A stretch of 57,413 nt of DNA, filler included, from Sphacelaria rigidula (Eukaryota): the NCBI GenBank assembly GCA_964200075.2. It is 8 parts of 8 records of this genome, joined end to end, with 100 filler letters (N's around TTAATTAATTAA, not from the genome) between each part and the next. Parts side by side here need not be neighbours in the genome. Positions count along the whole stretch, not along the records: positions 1 to 7,091 come from CAXNAA020016535.1; positions 7,192 to 14,281 come from CAXNAA020016536.1; 6 more parts are not named here. One strand, 5' to 3'. The notes below the pieces were generated by a model. The model had not been told where the DNA came from, did not search any database, and saw nothing but the letters and a program-made list of their open reading frames with translations. Positions 1-11,433 of the stretch are shown piece by piece; within the stretch, counting starts at the first letter, position 1; the number at the start of each line of letters is the position of its first letter. The position numbers and the translations under genes are program-made.

Positions 1-143
1 ACGGCGCTTCGCGCTTGGTGGTTTGAGAGAAAGCCTGGTCCGGCGAAAACCCGGCGTGCTGCGTCCCGGCATTGTAGGGATGCGAGGTCAATGGTCTTAT
101 GACTATGGCGTGCATGATATGATCATGAGTACACCCACCCCCG
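1..143 (+). repeat. 3' part of dispersed SINE-like repeat family A, ending in a C-rich tail
   Basis: Matches 19213-19320 directly and 45655-45790 as reverse complement (ACGGCGCTTCGCG...AAAACCCGGCGTGCT...GGTCAATGGTCTTATGACTA). Confidence 0.9.
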
Positions 144-1037
144 AGTATACAATAGTGCGGAGGCCGGAACGTGACTGTCTAGAATCCACAAATGTATATC
201 TCGCGCGCCCCTCTGCGTTGTCCCTCTGACACTACTGACTCTTTCAAATAGTGGACTCTCGAGGAGGACCTGGTAGTCTGGGGGATCGTATTCAACTTAT
301 GGCCGTACACGAACGACCGGACACTCCTGAGGTCCAGGATCCGCCGCAGATAGCACGTGCTTTTTCTCGTCGAATCTAGATGATATCATGAAACGAGAAA
401 CGAGGTGTTCACAGAACGGATTCCATTGCCACCTTACAGCATTTCGAGTGTTTTGGCTTGGCTGGAAAGCATGCTGTAGACTCTCGTGCTCCAGCGGTTC
501 GACCTCTGACCCTCCAACCATCTCTAGGGCGAACACTGTAGCGACATCAGGAACAGAGCGCGCCGCCTACAGCGAGAACAAGACAGGTAGCATCAAGCTC
601 TCCAGAGCTGATAATGAGTCAAATACGAGGATGTCAACACACGGTAGAGCGCTGCATCACATGCAAAGAAGAAATGTTTCCACAAGACTTGTTATCGCGG
701 ATGCCGTGGAGAAGGTGCCGAGCGCATCGCACGATTAAACCGGTAGTCTCCCCGCCACCGTACCACATGCCGGGTGAGATTCAGGTTACCAAGGCTCGAC
801 ACACGACTCGTTCTCTCTGCTACTCTTCGTTGACGGCTTGGGTCTTTTCCTCTCCGGAGCATCGGCACCATCGCCGACTACAGGGTGAGGGTGATTCCCA
901 CCGCGGGAATACTCTGGAAAGATGGAGGCTACAGTCGAGGTCTCGCAGCTTTTATCATGAGCAACAATGCAGGCGAGATTCCACCCCAATTACAAGCACA
1001 GTAGCTCAAACTTGCTCGATTAACGATCAAGTAGCAG

Positions 1038-1870
1038 GTGTGTTTCGCCGCATTCACCAGTATAGTAGCACATGTTGCTGACGTAGCGATGGTCAGTTTT
1101 TTGCACCTGCGCTGACGTAGCCCCAGAGCACGTGATGGAAGAAGCCGGGACAACTCGAACGTTGGGTCACGTACAGGACTCGAACGCCGGAAAGGTAGAC
1201 AAATCCCTACCACACGTGCGTGATGTGAGAACAGTGGTCGGCGGTAAAGACGGTGTGTGGGGACGTCAGTCCCTGTTGGTGTGCGGTGCGTGGGCTGTCG
1301 TTGGCCGTCATGCCGGGTTTGTCTCCTCCGCAACATATATATCCAAGCGAGTGAGGCGTGTGTTTCCCCTCCATTACGTGTCCGGTAGAACACTTTTCTC
1401 GATTGGCGATCCAATAGTTTGTGTTTTCCCTCCAGCACAAGTACACCAGCACATGTTGCTCGATTGAAGGTTAAATAGTGTGTGTGTGTTTCGCCACAAT
1501 AATTATGATGGGACAGTAGCACATGGTGCTCACGTCGCGAAGCCAGTTGATCGCACCTGTGCTGACGTGGCTGCAGAGCACATGGTGGACTGATGCTGGA
1601 CAACTCGAAGGTGAGGCCGCGTACAGCACTCGAACGCCGAAAACGTAGGCATGTCCCCACCGTACGTGCGCGACGCGAGAGCGGTCGCCGGCTGTAAAGA
1701 CGGTGTGTGGGGACGTCAATCGGTGTCGGTGTCCCGTTCGTAAGCTGTCGTTGGCCGTGATGCCCGCGTTTGTTGCCGTCGCTAGACACAAATCCAAACG
1801 AGGGGAGGGTGTGTGTTTCTCCTCCATCACGTGTACAGTAGCACCCTTTTGTCAATAGTCGATCCAATAG
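1038..1870. repeat. Tandem repeat of about 450 bp (about two diverged units)
   Basis: AAGACGGTGTGTGGGGACGTC and GCTGTCGTTGGCCGT recur 450 nt apart (1251 and 1701). Same family as 6088-6920. Confidence 0.9.
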
Positions 1871-2404
1871 TAGGCATGTTCCGCCCTTATTACGTGCAGA
1901 GGATCACGTATTCCGGAACTATTACGGTGGCGTATGTTTTTCAAAGTAAATTCACAGGAAAAGACGACTGCTCAATTTGGTCCTTCTCGAAAAAAAATCC
2001 ACAGCAGCTGTTTTGTAGAATGAACAAAAAGTTCGAAGCCGCTCATAGATACTCATCATACCAACACAAAGGGCTGATACGTCACTTGAGCACATCAAAT
2101 GAAATCTAAAGAGCGCAGCTTTCGTCAGGTGCCGGCCCTATATGCAGAATGCAAACACAAGTTGCAGTACCGCACGTCGAAAACGAGCACTTCAAAACAA
2201 CACATCGTTGCGGGGGTAATAATTTTCATGATCCTAGTTTTGAGCATGAAGCAGTAGAACCAGTTACAACAGACAGCTCTGAACCAGACGGTTCGAATGA
2301 TTCATTCGAATTTTGAATCTGCGCGCGCAATCTCGAAATATTAACTTTTGAACTGGGGCACCTCGGGTAAACATGCACCTGGTGCACTCCACCGACTGCG
2401 CAGC

Positions 2405-3014
2405 ATGGCGGAAGCCAAAAACAAGCGCAAAGCTGCCCCGATGGGGAGACCGAAGAAAGTAATCAGGTTTGAACATGCAAACCTTGCCAAGATGCTCAAG
2501 ACAAAGGAGAAGAGTATTTGGGTGAGAGAGGTTGCGTGCGACCGTAAGCTTGCTCAAGACATGACAAGGGCTGCCAAACAGAAGGTAGAGTTCACGGCAG
2601 AGTACGCCGAACAGGAGGCAGAGTTCACGGTAGAGTTCGCCAAACAGCAGACAGAGTTCACGGCAGCGTTCGCCAAACAGAAGGCAGAGTTCACGGCAGC
2701 GTCCGCTCAAACGGAACGCAGAGTTTGCTGCACTGCCGAGGGAGCCTGCAAAGAGCATGGAAACAACGCTCGCCGACCGTGAGACCGCGGTGGAGGAACG
2801 GGAGAAGGTGCTGCAGGAGAGGTCTTCTGCCCGTGGGGCTGCGCGGGACGACCTGCAGCACCAGCGCGGCGGGTTGTTGACCGAAGCCCAATCGAGATGC
2901 ATCCTCTTGAACTACTTCGAACTCCAGCAGCGGGGTGCAGGCGAGAAGCAGTCTGTCAGAGAGAGCGAGGATCCTGAAAGTGGGCGAGAACAAGGTCCAC
3001 CACGTGAGTGGTAA
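2405..3014 (+). pseudogene. Possible frameshifted coiled-coil protein gene containing a 33-bp (11-aa) tandem repeat
   Basis: MAEAKNKRKAAPMGRPKK... then about 4 units of the type KQKAEFTAAFA (about 2575-2710). A coiled-coil-like continuation ETTLADRETAVEEREKVLQER lies in another frame. No family recognised. Confidence 0.3.
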
Positions 3015-4119
3015 AGCAGCTCATGACTGTACTGTAGTCACTGTGGTGTTGAACGCGCTACAGACAGTACTGTAGTGATCATTAAAATTTGCTCAATTTT
3101 CAAATATACCTTGAGTGTAAATGTATACTATAATTATGATCAAATGTACAATACTCGAGCGCCAGCCGCTTCAAATGCTCCGAATCTTGTGTGTCTCATG
3201 TCCGCCACCCCACCCTGGGCAGTCCTTACGACGGCGGCTGGTTTTCGTACGGAGGTGGTAAGTATACTGTACTCACTGGCTGGTTGGACGTGCTGACGCT
3301 ACACGCAACACTGATGCATGGTTTGTTGTGTACATACAGCAGGCGTAGATTGCTGTGTACGAGGTCGTGACTGTTCCGTGTTCAGAGCGATCTGGATGTG
3401 CAAAATCCGCAGACAGCTCTGTACTTTTCACGAATATAGGATCATTTTTCATTGATATATATCTCATGTTCAAATGTACCATATATTTATAATCAAAGTT
3501 GTTCACTGTTTGTGCTCTGAAATACACCCCGGTACCGCCCGCAGCGCTGTGTGCGGGTTTCATATCCCGCACTCTACCTTGTGCCCCACATGAAGTAGGC
3601 ATTGCCCGCTGGCCGGATCCTCACGCGGAACTCTTGAAGCGTTGTATCGCGCGTCATGTGATTTTGACTCGATGTTTGTACCGACCCTTGCCTACTGGGA
3701 GAGCTGGGTGCTTCCAGCGAGGTTGCCTCGGAAGTGCAGAAGCTGTTGTACTTGTTCGAGTCCTCTCCTCTGTTTTGTGCTGAGTGTGTATCATGTAGTC
3801 GTGTGGACACAGCACACTGCTGCAATGCTGAATATACTCGTATTTAAACTTGCATCGTTCAGTGGAAAAAATATAAGCGAGGGATATATTCGATGCCAAA
3901 GGAATGAACATTCCACCTCGAACACATTCGCTTCTTGAATTTATTTGTCTCCGAAACCGCGATACGTCTGCAACCCAACAACAAACGTCCCCACCTCGCG
4001 AAGTCATCATTTCTCAAAATAGAATCGCCACAAATTTATGCGCGTCTCGACTTGAAATATTCCCGAAACCGAACAGGTTCGCAATCACTGGGAGAATCAC
4101 CACGACTTTTTGCATCATC

Positions 4120-4165
4120 GGGGGGGGGCATACTCATTTGTTGCTTGCCTTAGTCAATGGTTGAC
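4120..4165 (-). mobile_element. Isolated 3' tail of the LINE family seen at 50326-51232
   Basis: GGGGGGGGGCATACTCATTTGTTGCTTGCCTTAGTC is near-identical to 50331-50368. Confidence 0.8.
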
Positions 4166-4169
4166 ATCA

Positions 4170-5548
4170 TTGGGGGAGGGACGAGGCGCCAGCCGTGGAG
4201 CGGACAAGCGAGTCCGGCTCGACAATGATCAATGCAGGAGACTGCGCGCCTTCATCAGCGAGAAGCACAGCGCAGGCATGAGATATCGAACCGTGTGGTT
4301 GGAGACGTTTTGTACAGGCTTGGCTGTAGGCGTCGCCGCGGACGAATCAAAATCCCCCCTCTCAACGATGAGAGAAAGGCGCGTATTCGACGCTTTCTGG
4401 TAGAGATGGGCGGTGCGCTTTCTCAAGAAAAAGATGGCTTGCACGTAATCGTGTACATGGATGAGACTCTCGTGCACCAGTTGCGGTCTGCCTATTCGTA
4501 CTTCTTAGCGGACGAGAACGGGGTTGTGCAGGATGGGATAGGCCGTACCTCGGCCACGGGCTTGCGATTGATCATGGTTCACGCGATCACTGAAGAGGGG
4601 CCGTTGGTAAGTCTTGCTGACGGCGGACAGCCCATCGAAGAGGGGTGGTTCAAGAAACGGGGTGATGGGAAAGGTAAGCAGGGGCAGGGACCGATGGGAA
4701 GCGAGCAATCTGCAGAGATGTTGTGGCAGGCATAAAGATCCACCGGGGATTACCACGACGCCATGACCGACAAGATGTTCGAGGACTGGCTAAAGCAGCG
4801 CCTTGAGCCGGCATTCAAAACCGCTTTTCCGGGTGAAGAGATGATTCTTGTGCTTGACAACGCGTCATGCCACCACAGCTATGACGCAGAGATCCGTGTT
4901 CCTGTAACCAACACCAAGGCCTACAATACAGATTTGCTGCGGAAGTACAAGGCTAAGAGTATCACGGTTCTGCGGTCAGACGTAGCGCATAGGTTCTAGG
5001 TTCTAGGTTCGGGATAATTTCCGAACGCGAACTCGAAGTGAGGGAGGGGGGCTAGTAGTGAGGAGGTTCAGGCTGCTACTCGGGCGTTTTCTAAACGAAA
5101 ACACCCGGAGAAGTTGAAGGAGAAGGTGGAGAAATTCATGGATGAGCGAGAGTGGAAGTTGATTTGGACCCCCCCGTACATGCCGACTTTTCAGCCGATC
5201 GGGTTGTTCTGGCTGCACGGTAAGCAGTACGTCAGCTTTTACTACAACACGGGTCGTAAAAGGGTTCGGGTGTGGGGACGAGCTCTAAAGGAGCGGTATG
5301 GTGACGCAAAGTGGAGAGGGCAAGATGGGGGTTAAAAACCCGCCAATTGTGGGAAGCTCTTAGAGCACGCCGACAAGGAGGTGGATCGTTGGGTAGGGAA
5401 TGATGCCATTCTGTCCGGTAGTATGCGTCAACTTGACTTTTCCAAGTACTACCCAGATGACTCTCGTAAGAAGGATAGCGTTGACGGCGATGGCATGGAA
5501 GACCAGATTGCTCAAGAGCTATCTGCAGATTTCGCTGATTCTGTGTGA
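4170..5548 (+). pseudogene. Degenerate IS630-Tc1-mariner transposase of the long-spacer (Sailor-like) type
   Basis: One frame carries VYMDET (D at 4460), GLRLIMVHAITEEG, GDYHDAMTDKMFEDW, LVLDNASCHH (D at 4856) and WTPPYMPTFQPI[G]LFW (GGG at 5201, one change from GAG). In-frame stops at 4733, 4997, 5015, 5039 and 5333, and a probable frameshift near 4275. Confidence 0.9.
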
Positions 5549-6087
5549 TTCGAAGGCGATGTGCCTATGATGTAACGAAGGTCGACAATATGGCCGCTGT
5601 GCTGTAATTTTTTGCTGTCCATTGGACTCGGGTGCTCAGTCCAGTCGACAACATGTTTAGCGTTCGTTTGTTATATTCCGAACACAATTGGTGACTTTAT
5701 AATGGATCATTCGTTCGAATTTTCACCACGGGCTATCCCACGGGTGAGGCACAAAATCATGAATATTAAGGCATAACTGATCACATTTTCTCTTTTTTCT
5801 CATGACACGTGCATTGTTACAATTCTTTGAGGCAATCTTTACTTATCTTTCAATCACAATACGATTGACAGTGTTTTGCTGCTTCGATTTTTTACCGCAA
5901 TCCATTCCACGGGTAATGTCCAAGGTCATGTATATGCAGGCATGACTCGTCACTGGAGAGAATGTCCTTTTTTTCTTCCTGCGAGTCAACCTTTAAAATA
6001 CGGTTCGTTAAAGCTATAGAACGTTCCACTAGCTCAACAAATGGAAAACTGGTGTCCAACTTTCACCAACCATAAGCCCCCGTGATG

Positions 6088-6920
6088 GCGATCGGATGGT
6101 GTGTGTGTTTCGGCCCCACCTCGTATACAGCAGCAGATGGTGCTCACGTCGCAAACGCCAGATTTTCGCGCCTGTGCTGTCGTGACCACAGAGCATGTGG
6201 TGGACTGCTGCGGGGCAACTCGAACTTAAGACAGCGTGCCGCACTCCAATGCCGATATTGCCAGCAAAACCCCCACCACACGTGCGTGACGTAAGAGCGG
6301 TTGCCGGCGAGTTAAGACGGTGTGTGGGGACGTCAATCGGTGTCAGTGTACCGCGCATGAGCTGTCGTTGGCCGTGATGCCCTGGTTTGTTGCCGTCGCT
6401 AGACACAAATCTAAGCGAGGAAAGTGTGTGTGTTTCTCCTCCACGACGTGTACAGTAGCACCTGTTAGTCAACTGTCGATCCAATAGTGCGTGTGTCTCG
6501 CGCTCATTACGTGCAGAGTAGCACGTGTTGTCGAACGAGCGATCGGATGGTGTGTGTGTTTCGGCCCCACCTCGTATACAGCAGCAGGTGGTGCTCACGT
6601 CGCAAACGCCAGATTTTCGCGCCTGTGCTGTCGTGACCACAGAGCATGTGGTGGGCTGCTGCGGGGCAACTCGAACTTGAGACAGCGTGCCGCACTCGAA
6701 CGCCGATATTGCCAGCAAAACCCCCACCACACGTGCGTGACGTAAGAGCGGTTGCCGGCGGGTTAAGACGATGTGTGGGGACGTCGATCGGTGTCGGTGT
6801 GCCGCGCGTGAGCTGTCGTTGGCCGTGATGCCCTGGTTTGTTGCCGTCGCTAGACACAAATCCAAACGAGGAAAGTGTGTGTGTTTCTCCTCCACGACGT
6901 GTACAGTAGCACCCGTTATC
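6088..6920. repeat. Tandem repeat of about 451 bp (about two near-identical units)
   Basis: GCGATCGGATGGTGTGTGTGTTTCGGCCCCACCTCGTATACAGC at about 6088 and 6539. The units align throughout. Confidence 0.93.
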
Positions 6921-7091
6921 AATTGTCGTGTTCCGAACCGTGTCGATTTTGTTTTGTGAATGTAGATAAAATATATCAAACTGTAACGCTTTCACAGATT
7001 TCTCCAGTTCCTCTTGTCATCGTGACGACCTCTGAGTAGCCGGGAGGACGCGTATCAAAGGAAGGAAATGTAGCAATGATCCCATTTGCCT

Positions 7092-7191
7092 NNNNNNNNN
7101 NNNNNNNNNNNNNNNNNNNNNNNNNNNNNNNNNNNTTAATTAATTAANNNNNNNNNNNNNNNNNNNNNNNNNNNNNNNNNNNNNNNNNNNN
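7092..7191. other. Artificial contig linker (44 N + TTAATTAATTAA + 44 N). Identical linkers at 14282-14381, 21472-21571, 28661-28760, 35850-35949, 43038-43137, 50226-50325
   Basis: Seven identical 100-nt spacers with stops in all six frames. The segments between them never increase in length (7091 down to 7088 nt). Confidence 0.98.
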
Positions 7192-8310
7192 GGGCGGGGT
7201 CTTCACGGCATACTTCGCCGAAAATCACACCGGAGATGAAATGAAGCCCATAAAATGCCATGATATGACATCGCGGAAGGTCACGTGAATGATACGTTTT
7301 GTTCGTGAAGGAGAATGCATACCTCTCGCAATCTAGCGCCATTTTGTTTTGCTATTTCCAGGGAGTAACATATAGGAGGAGCCGGCACAAGTGGCCGTAT
7401 CCATTTCAAAACGCACCATCTCCGCAGAAAGAACACTTGCCCTGAACACTCAATACCCTCATGGTATGGACACTGTATCCTTTGCTGCGGCGGGAAGTTC
7501 AGGGCGCAAAACCGTTCGATGAAATGCCGAGTGCTCACATCAAAACGCACGATGCGCCGGCGTCGGTCGATACTCAACAAATCGCGCCACTTTCTATAAC
7601 AAAGGAGACCAATACGACATTACAACCGTTGACCCCTCCACCGCCGGCGCGGCGGGCACATCTGGAATGTCGAGCGCATAATGTGAACGACAACCCGTCC
7701 TTCCATGAGACCACAGTACATCCTACAGTGTACATGGTCTCCGTCCACCCGCGACACCACCCGTGGCAGTCTCAGAGTCTGGTTGCGCCGCTTTTCGTGC
7801 ACCTGAGGCGAAATGTAGCGTGCACGCCAAGAAATAGACGCAGAGAGGGTCAGCGAGCCACAGTCGTGTTCCTTTTCAGCCCGACGGAGAGGGAGGGGGG
7901 GGCAATCGTCACGATAGCACCGGAAAAGGGGCGGCGTCGCCGCGCAACATGACTCATAGACATCAATCGGCGGTTGCATGCTCGCGCAACTCCCACGAGG
8001 TATGCTTTCCTCAAACTAACTCATCGACAGCCACATTCCAATACCATCTACGGCAGCCACAGTGTGCTCCCCTCATGTTACAACCTCACAGATTGCAACA
8101 TTTGACCAACTGCAACAGTTCAATTGCTGCAACCCACCGCAGCCCCATCCATCCAACATAACACCAAACAGGAGAAGAAATCTCCGGGATTGCGGGCGAT
8201 GCACGGGCCTGTGCATCACAATAAACGAGGGGGGACCGGGGCGTATGACTAGCGACGCGAACCTCCTTAGCCGAAGGTCTTGGTATCATACCTGTGCGTT
8301 GACCACTCTC

Positions 8311-11009
8311 TCACACATCGTTCATCCGGTCCAGGTACCATTCCAGTATGTCCTCGGCCGTGTCTCCGTGCAGACCACATGACTCCTCCGATGATGTGCT
8401 GCTACGGCACTCGCAGTCGTCATCCGAGCTCGTCTCTGCTTCGTCGTTGCTATCACCCCCGGGATCCACCTCATTCGCCATCACCACCTCCAACCCTTTG
8501 CCAACCGGTACGCTTTGCGCGTCGACAGCAGGATCGCACCGCCCTCTGCACCCGCACAGTATGGGATGGCAATTCTTCCCAAGCTTCGCGCATTTACAGT
8601 TGCCGTTGCACTGGTGTTTCTCCGCCGCCGATGGGTTACACCCGCACAGAAGACGATTGATCCTCCCCGTGGGGTCGATACGCGCATGTTCCGATAAGTT
8701 GACGACAATATTGGCCTTCGTCATAGGCGTCTGTGCGTCTGGAGACGTCGTACTCCAACCGCGATTGTTGAACTTCACGTCCGCCATCGACTCCTCCATG
8801 CCCGCCATCCAATATTCCAATACGGCTCCTGCTCGCTGCGCTTGGAAGCGAAGCGCATCCGCGGGCGGCACGAGGTCTGTTGGCCTCCTGCCGCCCAACT
8901 TCCACCTCAAAAACCTTACCCAATTCACGAACAGCGTCACTTTCCCCCCCGCCAGGTCGCGGAGGATGTACTCCACGCTGGTGCCGGCCGTGGAGAATGC
9001 CGATTCCTTCTTGTAAAAGAAAGCGACCCCCAGAAACTTCACCACTTCGTCCTCGTCTACATACACCACCCGGCCCTCAAACGTGACCAGGGGCCTCGAG
9101 AGAAGACCCGGTACGCGCAGGGCTTTCAGGAGCGCCTTCCACATAGAGAGGAAAGGTAGCCCGTGGAAACAAGGTAGAAAATCACAGCCGCTCAGCAAGT
9201 ACACCAGCACGAAGAGGGCGACCCTCGTGTGGGGGGAGTCCTTCACCCACGCCGCGGTCCCTTCCCACGCATCGCAAGGGCCGTCTTGGAGTCCAGTTAT
9301 CGCTTCGTACACGCGGTTCACGTTCACGTATTCGACACCGTTCGACAACCGCCGCCGTACGGTTACGTCGGTGCGGTCCGGGCCCGCGGCAGCTATTTTC
9401 TTCGTCGCCATAGCCAGCAACACGATCATGATTTCATCCGTGTCGACAGAAGTAAGCGTCCACGTTCTCATCGCCTTGCCGTCAGGATGCGCGTATTTGG
9501 CGTGATTGATCATGAAGTGCACTGCAGCGAGCTCCCCCTCCCCGATCTGCGGCCCGAGTGCATGATGGACAGCCCCCGGGTCACCAGCACCGGGATGCCA
9601 ATGAAGCAGGCTTGTAGACACCCCGCTTCGGGCATCGGCGGCCCCTGCCGTCACAGCGGTATCATCCTCTCCACAGACGCCGAGAGGCGGTTGACTCAGC
9701 AAAGCCCGCGGCGGTGGTGAGAAAAAACCGCCGCCGGGTGCAGCGCTCGCCTCCGAAGCCACCGCCTGTACCTTGCTTGCGACATGCCACACAGACGGCG
9801 GGGGCTCATTCACCGACACTGGCACCAGTGCCGGGCGGTGGTGCACATATGGTGGTGTCCACGCCACTGCCGCAGTCGGTGCGACCACCGGCGCCGCGGT
9901 TGCGCCGTGTGGGGCGGCATGCCGTGGCGGTGCGCCCCGGCAAGCGATGTGCATGCCAGCGTTCGCGAGAAATGCAGTACTGCCATGTTGAAGCAGAAGA
10001 GCGGGGGAAATCATCGCTGCTCCCCCCGCGGCATTGTCAGTCCGCGACAGGTCCCCACAGACGCCGAGAGGCGGTTGAGTCAGCAAAGCCGACGGCGGTG
10101 GTGAGAAAACCCCGCCGCCGGGTGCAGCGCTCGCCTCCACACCCACCGCCTGTACCTTGCTTCCGGCATGCCACACAGTCGGCGGGGGCTGATTCACCGA
10201 CACTGCCGCCAGTGCCGGGCGGTCGTGCAGATATGGCGCTGTACACCCGACTGGCGCAGTCGGTGGTACCGCCGGCGCGGCGGTCGCGCCGTGTGGGACG
10301 GGACCCGGTGGCGGCGCGCCCCGGCAGGCGCTCTGCATGCCAGCATTCGCGACAGGCCGTCGCTGTCTTAACCCTATCTGGCCACGTCCACTCGCCGGCG
10401 GAGTAATGTTCTCACCCCCATGTCCCGATGCTGAAGTTGCGTTCGGCTCCGTCACCGCCGCCTCCGCCGGCTGCCGATCTAGGTTGTCCACAATTGGAGT
10501 GGCCGACCGGTCCATGACATCGACGCCGTAAAATACCACGGCCTTTCCTGTTTGGCGCTGTAGTTCCGCATGACCGAGGGTGCGCTCACAAATCGCCCGA
10601 GCCATAGCGTCTCGGTTCCCGGGTACACGCAAGTATGCCTGATATTCCGAACCGCCTGGTAGTCGATCAGTTCGACTCAAGTCGAACACCTGGTCGCAGT
10701 TGGTCCTCTTCGCTTGCCGCACTGCTTGCTCGTGTGCCTTGATCGGCGGTACGAGGTCAGCCCGATCATAACAAACGACCACGAGCCTCGTCCGGCCTGC
10801 GCACTTCGCCATGATGTTCACGCGGTGATACTCGACCACAGCCGCGTCGCCCCCGGCAAGGACGGCGGGTGGCGGACTCTTGTGGATCTCGCAAGGAAGA
10901 TCGATGGCGTGTCCTTCCGTCGAATAGAATTCCTCCTCTCTTATCGCATCTGGGCACGTGCTGGTCATGAACGTTTTCGGGCCCTGTGATTTGTTGGCAT
11001 GGCGCGCAC
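8311..11009 (-). CDS. Academ-like protein, last exon: XPG/FEN1-like (PIN + H3TH) nuclease and C-terminal Cys-rich (CXC/Cys8) finger
   Basis: Contains HAIDLP, VVVCYDR, IKAHEQAVR, GEGE, SVDTDEIMIVLL, LLSGCDFLPCFHG, LVPPADALRFQAQRA...YW, NRGW and CGC...CNGNCKC...C...CGCRGRC, then an acidic tail. Acceptor TTCAG|GT. Confidence 0.87.
9590..10352. repeat. In-frame 384-bp (128-aa) tandem duplication, Pro/Ala-rich, inside the nuclease exon
   Basis: GCATGCCAGC(G/A)TTCGCGA at 9951 and 10335. The peptide ANAGMxxACRGAPP...QPPLGVCG occurs twice. Confidence 0.93.
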
Positions 11010-11433
11010 CTGAACAACAGGGTGGCAAGCGGGTACATCGCGTCGGCACTTTTGTGTGCGAAGGGCTGCAGACAGGATTCATGATATTTTACAGGAGCGG
11101 GTTCCGCCCGACAGCGAATAAGAGAGTGCATCGGCACCTCCTGCGAGTACCGACATCTATTTACTCCGGTGGACCACATACAACGCACAAACAACGTGGC
11201 AGGGGGGGGGGGGGGGGTCGCCCGCTGATAAACACATCCTGTGACATGAGGGTTTAGGGGCACATCACATTCAAACCGAAAACGGTACTGTGTCCACACT
11301 TTCGGCGATGGTGCCCAATGACACAATATAATCCGCCGCGCAACATCACACAATATAATGGGCTGTTCACTGTTCATTTGCCGTCGTACCGAGGACTTTC
11401 TTCATTTCGATGTCATGTGTACACTCGACTCAC

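Noticed and set aside
929-1867. 312-aa minus-strand ORF (and the 316-aa ORF at 6029-6979)
   Set aside because: Both lie in the ~450-bp tandem repeat. The frame is not conserved between units and there is no recognisable domain.
7136-7147. TTAATTAATTAA as a biological motif or piggyBac target
   Set aside because: It is always centred in N runs and is a synthetic linker. ORFs running into it are artefacts.
7192-8310. Possible right terminus (TIR) of the Academ-like element
   Set aside because: The left end is outside the contig, so no inverted repeat or TSD can be verified.
8311-11082. Reading the 923-aa ORF as a host or viral XPG/FEN1/XRN nuclease or a tesmin gene
   Set aside because: It splices in frame to an upstream transposase-like region and has the PP..AL....RA....W...GW plus Cys tail typical of Academ proteins. 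No viral hallmark genes are nearby.
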